Positions 1 to 11,380 of a DNA stretch of 64,000 nt are shown here, piece after piece. The number at the start of each line of letters is the position of its first letter. Within the stretch, counting starts at the first letter, position 1. The notes beneath the pieces are model-generated. The model was given only the letters and a program-made list of their open reading frames with translations. It was not told the origin of the DNA and searched no databases. The translations under genes and the position numbers were made by a program. Source of the DNA: Desulfatiglandales bacterium (GTDB lineage: Bacteria > Desulfobacterota > DSM-4660 > Desulfatiglandales > Desulfatiglandaceae); the NCBI GenBank assembly GCA_963662465.1, contig OY759599.1, positions 1,024,001 through 1,088,000 of the forward strand, in the 5' to 3' direction.

Positions 1-1
1 T

Positions 2-3000
2 TTGAGCCTGGACGGGGGGTATCGAACGGAAATTGAGAAAGCGGATACGGACAATCCGGTCTATATCAACAAGCCCACCGATCTCGCTTATGTGATCTAT
101 ACATCCGGTTCCACCGGCCGGCCCAAAGGGGTCATGATCGAGCACCGGACCCTCATAAACCTGGTCTACGCCAACCGGAAACTTTTGCGGATCGACCCGG
201 AAACGAGGGTGTTGCAGTTTGCTTCCCCCGCCTTCGATGCTTCCGTCTGGGAAATTTTTCCGGCGTTGGCCTTTGGGGCGCCCCTGTTCATCGTCGATGA
301 TGCGACCCGAAAAAGCAGTGAAGCCTTAAGCGGTTATCTTCGCGACAACCGGGTATCGCTGGCGACCCTTCCGCCCGCGTATCTCCCCCTGATGCCGGAA
401 ATGGATCTTCCCCATCTGAAGACGCTGATCGTGGCCGGAGATGTGTGCGGCCCTCACCTGTTTGAACTCTGGGGGAAAAACCGGCGGATGATCAACGCTT
501 ACGGGCCCACCGAGAGTACGGTGTGCGCGACGCTTCATGAATTTGAAAGCGGAGACTCTCATGTCAACATCGGGGGGCCGATTCCGAACGTCAAGGTCTA
601 TATTCTGGATGGTTCGTTGCGGCCCGTGCCGGTGGGAACCGAGGGCGAACTGTATATCGGGGGAGAATGCCTGGCCCGGGGGTATTTCAACCGCCCGGAA
701 TTAACCGCGGAGCGCTTCATTCCAAACCCGTTCGCCGGGGGTGAAGACAAGGCGAACTCCCGGCTTTACAAAACCGGGGATCTGGCGCTGTGGCTTCCTC
801 GGGGGGAGATTGAATTTGTCGGGCGTAACGATTTCCAGGTGAAAATCCGGGGCTTCAGAATTGAACTGGGCGAGATCGAAAACCGGCTCACAAAATTTCC
901 GAAGATCGAGCAGTGCGTTGTCACGCTCCATGAAACGACTGGAAACAAGGATCTGTGCGCCTACTACGTTCAGAAAATACCGGAAGCGGATTCGGACCGG
1001 GAAGGGATGGGGGTCGCCGAATGGGAAAAGCTTTACGAAGATGTTTATATGCGGGAAGATTCCAATGAGATCAACACGTTCGATATCGAGGGCTGGAACA
1101 GCGCCTTTACCGGGAAGCCGATTCCGGAAAACGAGATGCGGGAATGGGTGGACACCACCGTGGAAAGGATTTTCGAATATCAACCGGAAAGGATTTTCGA
1201 AATCGGCTGCGGCAGCGGGCTCTTGATGTACCCGCTGCTGCCGTTCTGCACCCATTATACCGGCATCGATTTTTCCAATGAAGTCATTGGGCGACACCAG
1301 GCCGCGTTTCAAAAGCTGGGGATTCAAAATGCCGCGGTGGCTACCGCCCGGGCAGACGGGATCCGTCAGTCGGGCATCATCCATCCCGGCGAGGCCGACA
1401 CGGTGATTATCAATTCCGTTATCCAGTATTTCCCGAACGTGGCCTACCTGGAGTCGGTGATCGAGGATTCCCTGGACCTGGTCGAGTCCGGGCGCATCTT
1501 CATTGGTGATGTGAAAGACTACCGGTTGATCGCGGAATTTCATTGGACCTTGATCGAGCACCAGATGGCGCGAAGGGGAACCGTCGCCTTCGGTGACGAA
1601 CTCCAAAACGCGGTGGCGGCCTCCATGAAAAACGAGAAAGAATTGCTGGTGGCGCCTGAGTATTTTATCGAACTCTGCCGTAAATACCCGAAAATCACCG
1701 GGATCGAGCTGTTACCGAAACGCGGCCGGAGTCTTCACGAGATGAACTGCTACCGCTATGACGTGGTTCTGAAGGTCAATGCGCCCGGGGAAAAACTGGA
1801 CCTCCCCTGGCGGGACATTGCGGACCTTAAAAGGGAAATCGCCGGGGATTGTGAGTGTTTCGCCATCGCCGATTATCCCAACGTGAGAGTCCTGGACGTG
1901 TGCGGTTCCCCGGCCGCCTTACGGAAAACGGGAGACGCATCGGCGTCAAAAGAGGCGGATGATGCCGGGACAAAATACCTGGGCGTGGAGGATCTCCATG
2001 TATTGGCCGGGAAGAACGGTTACGCCCTGTATGTCGCGCTTTCCGCCGCCAAGGCCGCCTATGACCTGGTTTTCTTTCGGGCTCCCGTCACAAGGGCGGC
2101 TGTCGCAAACGCGCTTTCCGAGCGTTTTTTAAGCCGGACGACGGACCCGGGAATCGAACGCTATAATGTTCCCGCAACCGTTTCCCAGGACCGCATATCT
2201 CCCGTCAAATTGCGCAATTTTCTGGCGGAGGACCTGCCCGACTACATGATCCCGGCATTCTTTGTGGAATTGGAAAGCATGCCGCTCAATACCAGCGGCA
2301 AGATCGATCTGAAGGCCCTGCCGCATCCGGGGTCGGCGCTTTCGGCGGGAGACGAATATGTCCCCGCCCGAAACGAGACGGAAAAATTGATCTCGGGCAT
2401 CTGGTGCGACCTGCTGGGCCTTCCCCGGATAGGGGTGAAGGACAGTTTTTTCAATGTGGGCGGCAATTCCCTCAAGGTGATTCAGCTCTCCATGAAGATC
2501 ACCGCCAAGACCGGAAAGACGCTTTCGGCCCGGACCATCTTCATCAATGATACCGTGGAAAAGCAGGCCCGGATCCTCGACGAAATGGAAACAAAAAGGG
2601 TCGACGGAATCGGCCGGGCAGAAGGGAAGGACGACTACCCCATCATAAACGCCCAGGCCCGAATGGTCCTGGTCAGCAGGATCGATCCCGAAAACACCGC
2701 CTATAACGTTCCGTTATTTTACAAAACAAAAGACCGGATTGACCCGAATCGACTCAGGCGGGCGCTCAATGAGATCGTCAGGACTCAGGAATCGCTGAGG
2801 ACGTTTTTTATCGAGAAGGACGATGACATTCGCCAGAAAATTATTGATCATGCCGATTTCGAGATCGCGCTGGAGGAAAGAACAATTCCCGCGTCCGCCG
2901 TTGATGCGACCTTGACCGATTTTGTCCGCCCGTTCATTCTGGACCGGGCACCGCTCTGGCGGGTGGGCCTGTTCCGGGTGGAGAATGAGGCCTGCAACTA

Positions 3001-6000
3001 TCTCCTGTTCGATTTTCATCATGTCATCCTGGACGGACTTTCCGTGGGTCTTTTCCTGCGGTATCTGCAAGACGCTTACAAGGGTCTGGAACTTCCGGAG
3101 CCGGCGGCCCAGAGCAAGGACTATGCGGCGTTTCAAATCAAATTTCGGGATTCGGAAACATACCGGCAACAGGCGGCGTACTGGAAAGCGGAATTCGCGG
3201 GCGAGGTGCCGCTTCTCGAACTGCCCACGGACAAACCCAGGCCACTGGAGAAATCCTACCGCGGGAGCGGGCTGTCCGTGGAAGTGCCGACCCCGGTCCG
3301 GGAAGGCCTGAAAAAGCTGGAGCGGGAAACCGGCGCCACCCCCTTCATGATCATGTTCTCTGTTTTTAACATCCTGCTAAAGAAATACACCGGGCAAAAC
3401 GACCTGGTTGTGGGGGTACCTTCCTTTGGCCGAAAGCATGAAGATATCCTTTTTACCATCGGCATGTTCGTGGGAACGCTTCCGATTCGAAGCCAAATTC
3501 CGGAGGCGGCCACCGCGCTTGATTATATCCTGGCGCTGAAACAGAAAGTGGTGGACGCGGTCAGCAACGAGGACTATCCCCTGGAAGAACTGGTGGCGAG
3601 CCTCGATATGGATCGACAGTCCGGCCGCAATCCCCTCTTCGATGTCATGTTCGCTTTGTGGGAGGGAAGCGACCTGACCCTTGATCTCAACGGTCTCACG
3701 CTTACCAAGGTCCGGGAAGAAATTCGAACGGAAAAATTCGACCTGACCGCCTACGTATTTGAAGACGATGACCGCTCGGAGGTGTTTTTTACCTATGCCA
3801 CCGACCTGTTCGACAGAAGGACCATTGAACGCTTCAGCCGGCATTACCTGAACATTCTCTCGACCGTGGTAGCCGACCCGAACGTAGAGATCGACAGGAT
3901 CGGAATACTGAGTCCCTCCGAATACTTTCGAATCATGAAAGAGTGGAACCGAACCGAAGCCCCTTATCCCGGAAAAACCCTTCACGAACTTTTTGAAGAA
4001 CAGGTCCGGCGAACGCCCGAAAAGACCGCCCTGGTTTTTGTTGGGGAAAAAATGACGTACCGCGAACTGGATCACCGAGCCAACCGGGTCGCCCATTCGA
4101 TCCGGCGGGCGTACAGAAAGCGTTTTGAACGGGAATTGCCGGATGACGAAATGATCGGTATTTGTATCGACCGGAGTTTCGAGATGATCATAGGCGTCTT
4201 GGCGATCCTGAAGGCCGGTTCCGGTTACGTCCCCCTTGACATGGCGGATCCGGCGGAACGCATGACATTCAAGGTGGAGGACTGCGGCTGCCGGGTGGTC
4301 CTGACGGTTTCCGGTTTGGAAGACAAGTTCCATTTCTTCACGGACCGGGGCAATGTGTTGATTCCCATGGACAAAATAGGGGACCCATGGGAAAAAACGG
4401 TCGTGGTCCGTCCTGAAGCCGGGAGCACGGCGGAGAACCTGGCCTATGCCATCTATACGTCCGGTTCCACCGGCAAACCCAAGGGCATTATTCTGGAACA
4501 CAAGACCATCACCAATCTCGTTTCCTTCCAGATCAACCAGACCCATATTCCCTTTGACGGCCGGGTTCTGCAATACACGAACCTGACCTTTGACGTTTCA
4601 TTGCAGGAGATTTTCACCACCCTGCTCGCCGGTGGGACCCTGCACCTGATCAGAAAAGAATTGCGGCGGGATATCGGCGGGCTGCTGGATCACATGAGGG
4701 AAAACGAGATCGAGGTGCTGTTTTGTCCGCCCGCCCTGTTGAACCTGATTTTCACCACCCCGGAACTGGAAAACAATTTCCCCCGCAGTGTAAAGCATAT
4801 CATCGCCGCGGGCGAGCAACTGATCGTCAATAAGGGCTTGAAGCGCTTTCTCAGGGAGAACAGGGCCTTTTTGCACAATCATTACGGCCCTTCCGAAACC
4901 CATGTGGTCACCGCTCTGACCATCGGTCCCGACGACCCGCATATCCCCGATGTTCCTTCCATCGGAAAGCCGATTTCGAACACCTGTGCTTATATTCTCG
5001 ACCCGGGTATGATGCCCGTTCCCGTGGGTGTTCCGGGTGAACTCTACCTGGGGGGCGCCGGCCTGGCCCGGGGGTATCTCCGCCGACCGGAGCTGACGGC
5101 CGAGCGGTTCATCGAAAACCCTTTCGCCGACCATGCGGACTTGAAAACCAAAAGAAAACCAAGGCTCTACAAGACCGGTGACCTGGTAAAATGGCTTCAC
5201 GACGGGAATATCGTTTTTCTCGGGCGAAACGATTTTCAGGTGAAGATCCGGGGATTTCGGGTTGAGCTGGGCGAAATCGAAAGTCGGCTGAACGACCATC
5301 CCGGAATCGCCCAATGTATCGTGACAGCCACCGAAAAAGACCACGTCAACAGCATCTGCGCCTATTACACGATTAACCCAGCCGCCGGCGGAAACCGGCC
5401 CACCCGGGCGGAGCTGCGGGAATACCTGGACGATCTCCTGCCGGATTACATGGTGCCGGCCTTCCTGATTCCGTTGGACGAGATGCCCCTGAACGCCAAC
5501 GGGAAGATCAACCGAAAAGCCCTGCCCCCGCCGGACAGAGCCCCAATGGCCGACACTTATGTGCCGCCTGCCAGCGAGACGGAGAAATGCCTGGCGGAAA
5601 TCTGGGGAGAGGTTCTGAAAATCGATCAGATTGGCATTAACGACAATTTCTTCGACCTGGGGGGGCATTCCCTGAACGCCACCCTGGTGGTTTCCCGGAT
5701 TCACAAAAGGCTCCATGTGGATTGCACCATCAGGGCCCTGTTTGATTGCAAAACCATTTCGAAACTGGCGGCGCACATCGATTCGAAACAGTCCGAAGGG
5801 GTTACGCCCGGCATCGAAGTCGACAAAATCGATCGAACAAAACCCCTGCCCCTCTCCTCCGCCCAGGAAAGGCTCTGGTTTCTCGACCGCTACCAGGGCG
5901 GTAATAGCGCCCATTACAATATGCCCATCGCTTTCCGCGTTAAGGGGCCACTGGATGTTCCGGCACTGGAAAAGGCCTTTAACCTCATGATCGGGCGGCA

Positions 6001-9000
6001 CGAAAGCCTGCGGACGGTCTTTCGGGAAACCGAAAACGGTGAACCGTACCAGGAGATTCTCCCGAAAGGGATGGAAACGGAGATTTCCCTTCGGGTTGAA
6101 GCGGCGGCTGAATCCGCTTTGCCGGAGATCCTGACGCATGAAGCCCATTATGGTTTCGATCTGGCCAATGAGCAATTGTTCAGGGTACGCCTGTGGAGAA
6201 TCACCGGGACCGGGGATCATATCCTGCTGATCAACCAGCACCATATCATCAGCGACGGCTGGTCCATCGGGATCTTGTGCGCCGAACTGGCCGAATGGTA
6301 CGGCCATATTTCAAACGGACATGCGGTTGAACGGGTCGCACCGGAATATCAATACGCGGACTACGCCCTTTGGCAGAAAAAACACCTGGAAAGTGAAGGG
6401 GTCCGAAAAGGCCTCCAATACTGGAAAGGCCGGCTGTCCGGCGTGGAGGATTTGAATCTTCCCACGGACCGGCACAGGCCCCCTGTCTTCAGTCACCGGG
6501 GAAGCCATTTGAAATTTTCCCTGGATACCGGGTTGACCAAACGCTTAAGAGCGTTTGCCGGTGAAACCGACGCCACCCTGTACATGACCCTGCTTTGCGG
6601 GTTTTACATTCTTCTCAGCCGTTACACCCATCAGGATGATCTCGTCATCGGCACGCCCGTGGCCAACCGGCATCATGCCCAGTTCGAGGATATCATGGGG
6701 TTTTTTGTGAACACCCTTGCCCTGAGAATCAACGGTAAAGATTTGAGCGTTCGAAAACTGGCCGAACAGGTTCGAAAAACCAGTCTGGCGGCCTTCCAGC
6801 ACCAGGATGTGCCCTTGGACAAAATCTTGGATGAACTGGAGATCGAACGGGATCAAAGCAAAAATCCCCTGTTTCAAACCCTTTTCGCCCTGCAAAATGC
6901 GTCGGAAGTCGGCAACCTTCCCCTTCCCGGTCTGAATGTATGCCCGGTGGATATCGACTGCGGCGTTTCCAAGTTGGATCTGAGCCTCATGATGATGGAA
7001 TCCGGCGACCGAATGACGGGATTTCTGGAATTTTGCACCGACCTGTTCAACCCATCCACCATGGAACGGTTTATCCGCCATTTTCAGGTGATCCTCTTCG
7101 AGTTGACAAAACATGCGGAGCGGAAGATCTCGGAGTTGAAAATGCTGCCGGTAGAGGCGTATGACCGGATGATTTACCTCTGGAATGACACGGATGTGGA
7201 TTACGGCGATGACGTCACCATCCAGGCGTTGTTTGAGAAGGTCGCGGCTGAAAACCCGGATTCTACGGCGGTCGTGTTTGAAGGGGATCGCCTGAGCTAC
7301 CGGGAACTTAATGAACGGGCCAACCAGGTGGCCCGTATCATTCGGGAAAAATACCGGGCGGTCTGGAATGAAGACATAACTGGCGATACCCTCATCGGAC
7401 TCTACATGGAACGGGGGATCGACATGATCACCGGCATCCTGGGCATTCTGAAAGCGGGTGCCGCCTATGTGCCGTTCGATCCGGTGGATTCCGAAGATAG
7501 GCTGAAGTTCAAGATCGATGACTGCGAGTGCCGTATGGTCCTCACTTGTTCTTCATACAGCCGGGAGTTGTTGTTTCTGGCCGAAAGGGACATGCTCCCC
7601 TTGAGCTTGGACGCTTATCGGGGGGAGATGGAAAAAGCCCCGAAAACCAATCTCCCGCTCATGAACAAGCCCACGGATCTGGCCTATGTCATCTACACGT
7701 CCGGGTCCACGGGAAGACCCAAGGGGGTCATGATCGAGCACCGGACCTGTACCCAAATGATGTTGACCCAGAAAAAACGCTGCCGGGTTATGGAATTTTC
7801 CGACGCATTGCTGTTCGCTTCCATCTCTTTTGATGCCTCGGTCCTGGAGATATTCACCGCCCTGGCATCCGGCAAGGCGTTACATATCGCTTCTGAGGAA
7901 GTGAGGCGAAATCCCGAGGCCCTGGTGGAGCTGATTCAAAAAAACCGAATTGCGGTGGGCACACTGCCCCCGGCGGTGCTTGAGGTCATGCCGAAAACGG
8001 CGCTTTCGGAATTGAAAGTGCTGATCACCGCGGGGGACGTCTGTGAGCCGGAAGTCATGAACCAGTGGGCTCACAACCGGATGCTCATAAACGGTTACGG
8101 GCCCACCGAAAACACGGTGTGCTGCACCCTGCATGATTTCCAGCCGGGGGATTTAAACACCAACATCGGCAAACCCGTGGAAAACGTAAAAGTCTATGTC
8201 CTCGATTCCGGACTTCAGCCCGTGCCGGTGGGGGTCTTCGGGGAATTGCATATCGGCGGCCATAACCTGGCCCGGGGATATTTTAAACGCCCGGACCTGA
8301 CGGCCGAGCGTTTCATTCCAAACCCCTTTGCTTCCGCTGAAGATCGAAAAAATGGGGAGAATCTTCGGTTATACAAGACGGGCGACCTGGTGCGCTTTAT
8401 GGACAACGGTGAGATCGAGTTCGCGGGGCGGAACGATTTTCAGGTGAAAATCCGGGGCTATCGCATCGAACTGGGCGAGATTGAAAAACGGCTGGCGGAG
8501 CATCCCGCGGTGAGGCAGTGCATCGTGACCGCGCGGGGGAAAGACGCGGATAAGGCCGTGTGTGCTTATTTTACGCGGAGGCCTCGGGTAAGCGACAATT
8601 TTCGGGCGGACCCGGTGGGTGAGTTGAGAACGTTTCTGGCATCCAAGCTTTCCGATTACATGGTTCCGGCCTTTTTTATGGAACTGGATGAGATGCCTTT
8701 AAACACCAGCGGCAAGATCGACCGGAAACGGCTTCCCCCTCCGAAAGCCGACCTTGTTATCTCCGGAGAGCATGTGGCGCCGCGCTCGGAAACAGAGAAA
8801 AAAATTGCGGCCATCTGGCGGGAGATCGTGCGACTGGACAGAATCGGGGTCAAGGACGGTTTTTTTGCCGTTGGCGGAAATTCTCTCAATGCCGCACGGC
8901 TGGCGGCCCAGCTCGGCAGAGCCTTTCTTCGGCCCGTCCCGGTGGTGACGATTTTTCAGAAGCAGACCATCGAAGAACAAGCGGCTGAAATCGCGCGGTT

Positions 9001-9760
9001 GCTGGTAACGCCGGCGGAGGACCTGGTTTATCTTCGGAACCCGGAATCCTTCACCGGAACCCTGGTATTGTTTCCCCCGGGGTTTGCCGGGGCGGAGGTC
9101 TATTTTCAACTGATGGAAAAGTTGCATCCCGATATTCGGGTCATCGGGTTCAACAATCACTTCCTGAACAATCCCGCCGCCGATTCCGACGACGTGGCGG
9201 TTATCTTGAAGCGGTATATGGACCGCCTTCGATCCGAATTCGTGTGGGATGACGGGAAACCCGTTTGCCTGGGAGGCTGGTCCGTCGGGGGGAATACCAT
9301 TGTCTCCATGTTGAACCTGCTTGGAGGGTGCCCTGTCAAGCAACTGTTCCTGTTTGATGCCATCCTTTTTGAAGAAGGCGTGATGACATTCAGCAACAGC
9401 AGTCGCGAAGCCGGCTTAGACGACCCGGAGAACCACTTCCTGGCCGGTCTCAAAGAAGCCGGACTTTCCCGTGAAAGGATCGAATCCATCGTAAATCGGG
9501 TGGAAACATTTGCAACGTCCCTGGATTACCGGAAACAATCCACCCCCGCCGTCCTGTTCAAAGCCGGGTTGGAGGATTTGGGCGTCAGCGTCACGGATGC
9601 ATACTCCGGGTGGCGGAAATACTTGAGCCGGCTGGAGAAAATCGATATTGAAACGGTAAATCACTTTACCATTTTGAGCCGACCGGATTCCCTGGATATG
9701 ATCGCTCAGGAGATCAATCATGCATTTTGCAGAAGGGAGGGCAGTCTGGATATGGCATAA
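2..9760 (+). CDS. Non-ribosomal peptide synthetase, 5'-truncated by the window: A-(N-methyltransferase)-T, C-A-T, C-A-T, TE
   Basis: Three A domains (YTSGSTGxPKG, YGPT/SE, LYKTGDL). SAM motif EIGCGSG inserted in the C-terminal part of A1. T-domain serines GGNSL/GGHSL/GGNSL, C motifs HHVILDG and HHIISDGWS, TE GWSVGG. Confidence 0.97.
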   Translation: MSLDGGYRTEIEKADTDNPVYINKPTDLAYVIYTSGSTGRPKGVMIEHRTLINLVYANRKLLRIDPETRVLQFASPAFDASVWEIFPALAFGAPLFIVDDATRKSSEALSGYLRDNRVSLATLPPAYLPLMPEMDLPHLKTLIVAGDVCGPHLFELWGKNRRMINAYGPTESTVCATLHEFESGDSHVNIGGPIPNVKVYILDGSLRPVPVGTEGELYIGGECLARGYFNRPELTAERFIPNPFAGGEDKANSRLYKTGDLALWLPRGEIEFVGRNDFQVKIRGFRIELGEIENRLTKFPKIEQCVVTLHETTGNKDLCAYYVQKIPEADSDREGMGVAEWEKLYEDVYMREDSNEINTFDIEGWNSAFTGKPIPENEMREWVDTTVERIFEYQPERIFEIGCGSGLLMYPLLPFCTHYTGIDFSNEVIGRHQAAFQKLGIQNAAVATARADGIRQSGIIHPGEADTVIINSVIQYFPNVAYLESVIEDSLDLVESGRIFIGDVKDYRLIAEFHWTLIEHQMARRGTVAFGDELQNAVAASMKNEKELLVAPEYFIELCRKYPKITGIELLPKRGRSLHEMNCYRYDVVLKVNAPGEKLDLPWRDIADLKREIAGDCECFAIADYPNVRVLDVCGSPAALRKTGDASASKEADDAGTKYLGVEDLHVLAGKNGYALYVALSAAKAAYDLVFFRAPVTRAAVANALSERFLSRTTDPGIERYNVPATVSQDRISPVKLRNFLAEDLPDYMIPAFFVELESMPLNTSGKIDLKALPHPGSALSAGDEYVPARNETEKLISGIWCDLLGLPRIGVKDSFFNVGGNSLKVIQLSMKITAKTGKTLSARTIFINDTVEKQARILDEMETKRVDGIGRAEGKDDYPIINAQARMVLVSRIDPENTAYNVPLFYKTKDRIDPNRLRRALNEIVRTQESLRTFFIEKDDDIRQKIIDHADFEIALEERTIPASAVDATLTDFVRPFILDRAPLWRVGLFRVENEACNYLLFDFHHVILDGLSVGLFLRYLQDAYKGLELPEPAAQSKDYAAFQIKFRDSETYRQQAAYWKAEFAGEVPLLELPTDKPRPLEKSYRGSGLSVEVPTPVREGLKKLERETGATPFMIMFSVFNILLKKYTGQNDLVVGVPSFGRKHEDILFTIGMFVGTLPIRSQIPEAATALDYILALKQKVVDAVSNEDYPLEELVASLDMDRQSGRNPLFDVMFALWEGSDLTLDLNGLTLTKVREEIRTEKFDLTAYVFEDDDRSEVFFTYATDLFDRRTIERFSRHYLNILSTVVADPNVEIDRIGILSPSEYFRIMKEWNRTEAPYPGKTLHELFEEQVRRTPEKTALVFVGEKMTYRELDHRANRVAHSIRRAYRKRFERELPDDEMIGICIDRSFEMIIGVLAILKAGSGYVPLDMADPAERMTFKVEDCGCRVVLTVSGLEDKFHFFTDRGNVLIPMDKIGDPWEKTVVVRPEAGSTAENLAYAIYTSGSTGKPKGIILEHKTITNLVSFQINQTHIPFDGRVLQYTNLTFDVSLQEIFTTLLAGGTLHLIRKELRRDIGGLLDHMRENEIEVLFCPPALLNLIFTTPELENNFPRSVKHIIAAGEQLIVNKGLKRFLRENRAFLHNHYGPSETHVVTALTIGPDDPHIPDVPSIGKPISNTCAYILDPGMMPVPVGVPGELYLGGAGLARGYLRRPELTAERFIENPFADHADLKTKRKPRLYKTGDLVKWLHDGNIVFLGRNDFQVKIRGFRVELGEIESRLNDHPGIAQCIVTATEKDHVNSICAYYTINPAAGGNRPTRAELREYLDDLLPDYMVPAFLIPLDEMPLNANGKINRKALPPPDRAPMADTYVPPASETEKCLAEIWGEVLKIDQIGINDNFFDLGGHSLNATLVVSRIHKRLHVDCTIRALFDCKTISKLAAHIDSKQSEGVTPGIEVDKIDRTKPLPLSSAQERLWFLDRYQGGNSAHYNMPIAFRVKGPLDVPALEKAFNLMIGRHESLRTVFRETENGEPYQEILPKGMETEISLRVEAAAESALPEILTHEAHYGFDLANEQLFRVRLWRITGTGDHILLINQHHIISDGWSIGILCAELAEWYGHISNGHAVERVAPEYQYADYALWQKKHLESEGVRKGLQYWKGRLSGVEDLNLPTDRHRPPVFSHRGSHLKFSLDTGLTKRLRAFAGETDATLYMTLLCGFYILLSRYTHQDDLVIGTPVANRHHAQFEDIMGFFVNTLALRINGKDLSVRKLAEQVRKTSLAAFQHQDVPLDKILDELEIERDQSKNPLFQTLFALQNASEVGNLPLPGLNVCPVDIDCGVSKLDLSLMMMESGDRMTGFLEFCTDLFNPSTMERFIRHFQVILFELTKHAERKISELKMLPVEAYDRMIYLWNDTDVDYGDDVTIQALFEKVAAENPDSTAVVFEGDRLSYRELNERANQVARIIREKYRAVWNEDITGDTLIGLYMERGIDMITGILGILKAGAAYVPFDPVDSEDRLKFKIDDCECRMVLTCSSYSRELLFLAERDMLPLSLDAYRGEMEKAPKTNLPLMNKPTDLAYVIYTSGSTGRPKGVMIEHRTCTQMMLTQKKRCRVMEFSDALLFASISFDASVLEIFTALASGKALHIASEEVRRNPEALVELIQKNRIAVGTLPPAVLEVMPKTALSELKVLITAGDVCEPEVMNQWAHNRMLINGYGPTENTVCCTLHDFQPGDLNTNIGKPVENVKVYVLDSGLQPVPVGVFGELHIGGHNLARGYFKRPDLTAERFIPNPFASAEDRKNGENLRLYKTGDLVRFMDNGEIEFAGRNDFQVKIRGYRIELGEIEKRLAEHPAVRQCIVTARGKDADKAVCAYFTRRPRVSDNFRADPVGELRTFLASKLSDYMVPAFFMELDEMPLNTSGKIDRKRLPPPKADLVISGEHVAPRSETEKKIAAIWREIVRLDRIGVKDGFFAVGGNSLNAARLAAQLGRAFLRPVPVVTIFQKQTIEEQAAEIARLLVTPAEDLVYLRNPESFTGTLVLFPPGFAGAEVYFQLMEKLHPDIRVIGFNNHFLNNPAADSDDVAVILKRYMDRLRSEFVWDDGKPVCLGGWSVGGNTIVSMLNLLGGCPVKQLFLFDAILFEEGVMTFSNSSREAGLDDPENHFLAGLKEAGLSRERIESIVNRVETFATSLDYRKQSTPAVLFKAGLEDLGVSVTDAYSGWRKYLSRLEKIDIETVNHFTILSRPDSLDMIAQEINHAFCRREGSLDMA
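9621..9728 (+). repeat. 108-bp direct repeat, copy 1 (NRPS TE 3' end); copy 2 at 11381-11488
   Basis: Hand alignment gives 101/108 identical. Confidence 0.95.
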
Positions 9761-11034
9761 AGCGGCAGATTGATGATTTTGCCGTCTTGCTTGAAATTCA
9801 GGAGATTGGTCCGAAGCAAACGGTCCGGCCGAAACTGGGCGTCATAAGAGCGTAAACTTTTGCTCCTCGGATTGATACCGGCTTTAACCTCCAGGGGATA
9901 GATCCTGCCCGATAATTCGCAAAGAAAATCGAGCTCGCCTTTCCCGCCCCGGCTTCGCCAATAATAGAGCGGGTCGCGCAAATGGGCAACCATCTGTTGC
10001 GCCACATAGTTTTCCACAAAGGCTCCCTCGTATTCATTGAAAAGCCGTTTGCCGCGCACCAAAAGATCGATCGGTGCAGCAGCCATGGCGCCCAGCAACC
10101 CCACATCCAGGGCATAAATCTTGAAACAACTCCGGTCCGTATAATGGGACAGGGGATGTTTCGCGGTTTGCACAGCCTCCGCCCGGTAGATCAAATCGCA
10201 ATCCCTCAGCCAGGTCAGAGCGTTTTCAAATTCCCGCCCGCGAGCCCCCTTTTTGACGGCTGAAAAGACAAACTTTTTATTTTCCTTTGCAAGATGCCTG
10301 GGAATGGACTCCCAGATGAGGGTCAACTTGGGAATATCCGCCGCCGGTGCATGTTTTGCGAAATCGAAAACATAGGATCTAATGATCTCCGCTTGAATAT
10401 CCCGGACCGCCACTCCGCTGCGGTTTTCCGAGAACTGTTTCACGGCTTCCGGCATGCCTCCGACAAAATAGTACCGGCGAAGCAAGTCGATCAAATGGGT
10501 GTGAAACGCCTCGGTAACCGGCTCGATATTTTCAACTTGCTCAACCAGCATCCTGTACCTGGACTCTCCCATGGCATCCAGAAATTCCATAAAAGACATG
10601 GGGTAAAGGTAAAGGAAATTGACTTTCCCTACCGGAAAAGACCCTGGGCCTGCCAGCTTCACACCCAGGAGAGAACCGGCACCCGCCACATGAATCCCGT
10701 TTTTCTGTTCCTGAAAGTACTTCAGCGAAGCAAGGGCCCGGCCGCATGCCTGTATTTCGTCAAAAACCAGAAGATCCGACCCCGGTTCAATAAGGCAATT
10801 CAGATAGATGGAGAGTTCCGGTACGATTCGGTCCGGATTCAAATCCCGCTTGAAAAACTCCCCCAAAGAGGGATCCTCTTCAAAGTTGCAGTAGACGGTG
10901 TTCCTGTATTCATTGCGGCCGAATTCCTTCAGGATAAAGGTCTTTCCCGTTTGTCTGGCCCCTTGAAGCAGGACCGGTTTTCGTCTGGAAGAAGATTTCC
11001 AGCTCAGCAATTGCGCATAGATGTCTCTTTTCAT
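9718..11034 (-). CDS. AAA+ ATPase with DUF4143-type C-terminal domain
   Basis: Walker A GARQTGKT, Walker B LLVFDEIQ, GGMPE, C-terminal ELDF...LEVKAG. Probable start ATG 11034 (MKRDIY). Confidence 0.92.
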   Translation of the reverse strand: MKRDIYAQLLSWKSSSRRKPVLLQGARQTGKTFILKEFGRNEYRNTVYCNFEEDPSLGEFFKRDLNPDRIVPELSIYLNCLIEPGSDLLVFDEIQACGRALASLKYFQEQKNGIHVAGAGSLLGVKLAGPGSFPVGKVNFLYLYPMSFMEFLDAMGESRYRMLVEQVENIEPVTEAFHTHLIDLLRRYYFVGGMPEAVKQFSENRSGVAVRDIQAEIIRSYVFDFAKHAPAADIPKLTLIWESIPRHLAKENKKFVFSAVKKGARGREFENALTWLRDCDLIYRAEAVQTAKHPLSHYTDRSCFKIYALDVGLLGAMAAAPIDLLVRGKRLFNEYEGAFVENYVAQQMVAHLRDPLYYWRSRGGKGELDFLCELSGRIYPLEVKAGINPRSKSLRSYDAQFRPDRLLRTNLLNFKQDGKIINLPLYAISRLPSLLQNA

Positions 11035-11274
11035 AATGTCCGATACTGACAAAAATGGAATCAGACGTCAAGACATTCCGGCAAATTATGTGAAAAAGAA
11101 CACATAATTGGGATGTAAAACGTGATCAGGAACACAAAAAACAGCCAATATTCGCATATTGCGCACTGGGGGCAAAAAGGGCAATTTAGCGTCGAAAACA
11201 TCTAACTCGATTTTTAACATAAAGATATCAATTGGTTAATATTTTCAACCCATAGAGGGTACATCGGCTGTCAC

Positions 11275-11303
11275 TTGACACAATGGCTATTCCAAGCTAG
11301 GAT
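11275..11303 (+). promoter_or_regulatory. Putative sigma-70 promoter (TTGACA-17 bp-TAGGAT) upstream of the rsbW-like operon
   Basis: Perfect -35, 17-bp spacer, near-consensus -10. Confidence 0.55.
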
Positions 11304-11380
11304 GCAACCATAAATCAGAAGATCAACTTCCAGTCCAAACCCGAAATACTTCATTTTCCGCTCGCAACTCCAAACTCGAA

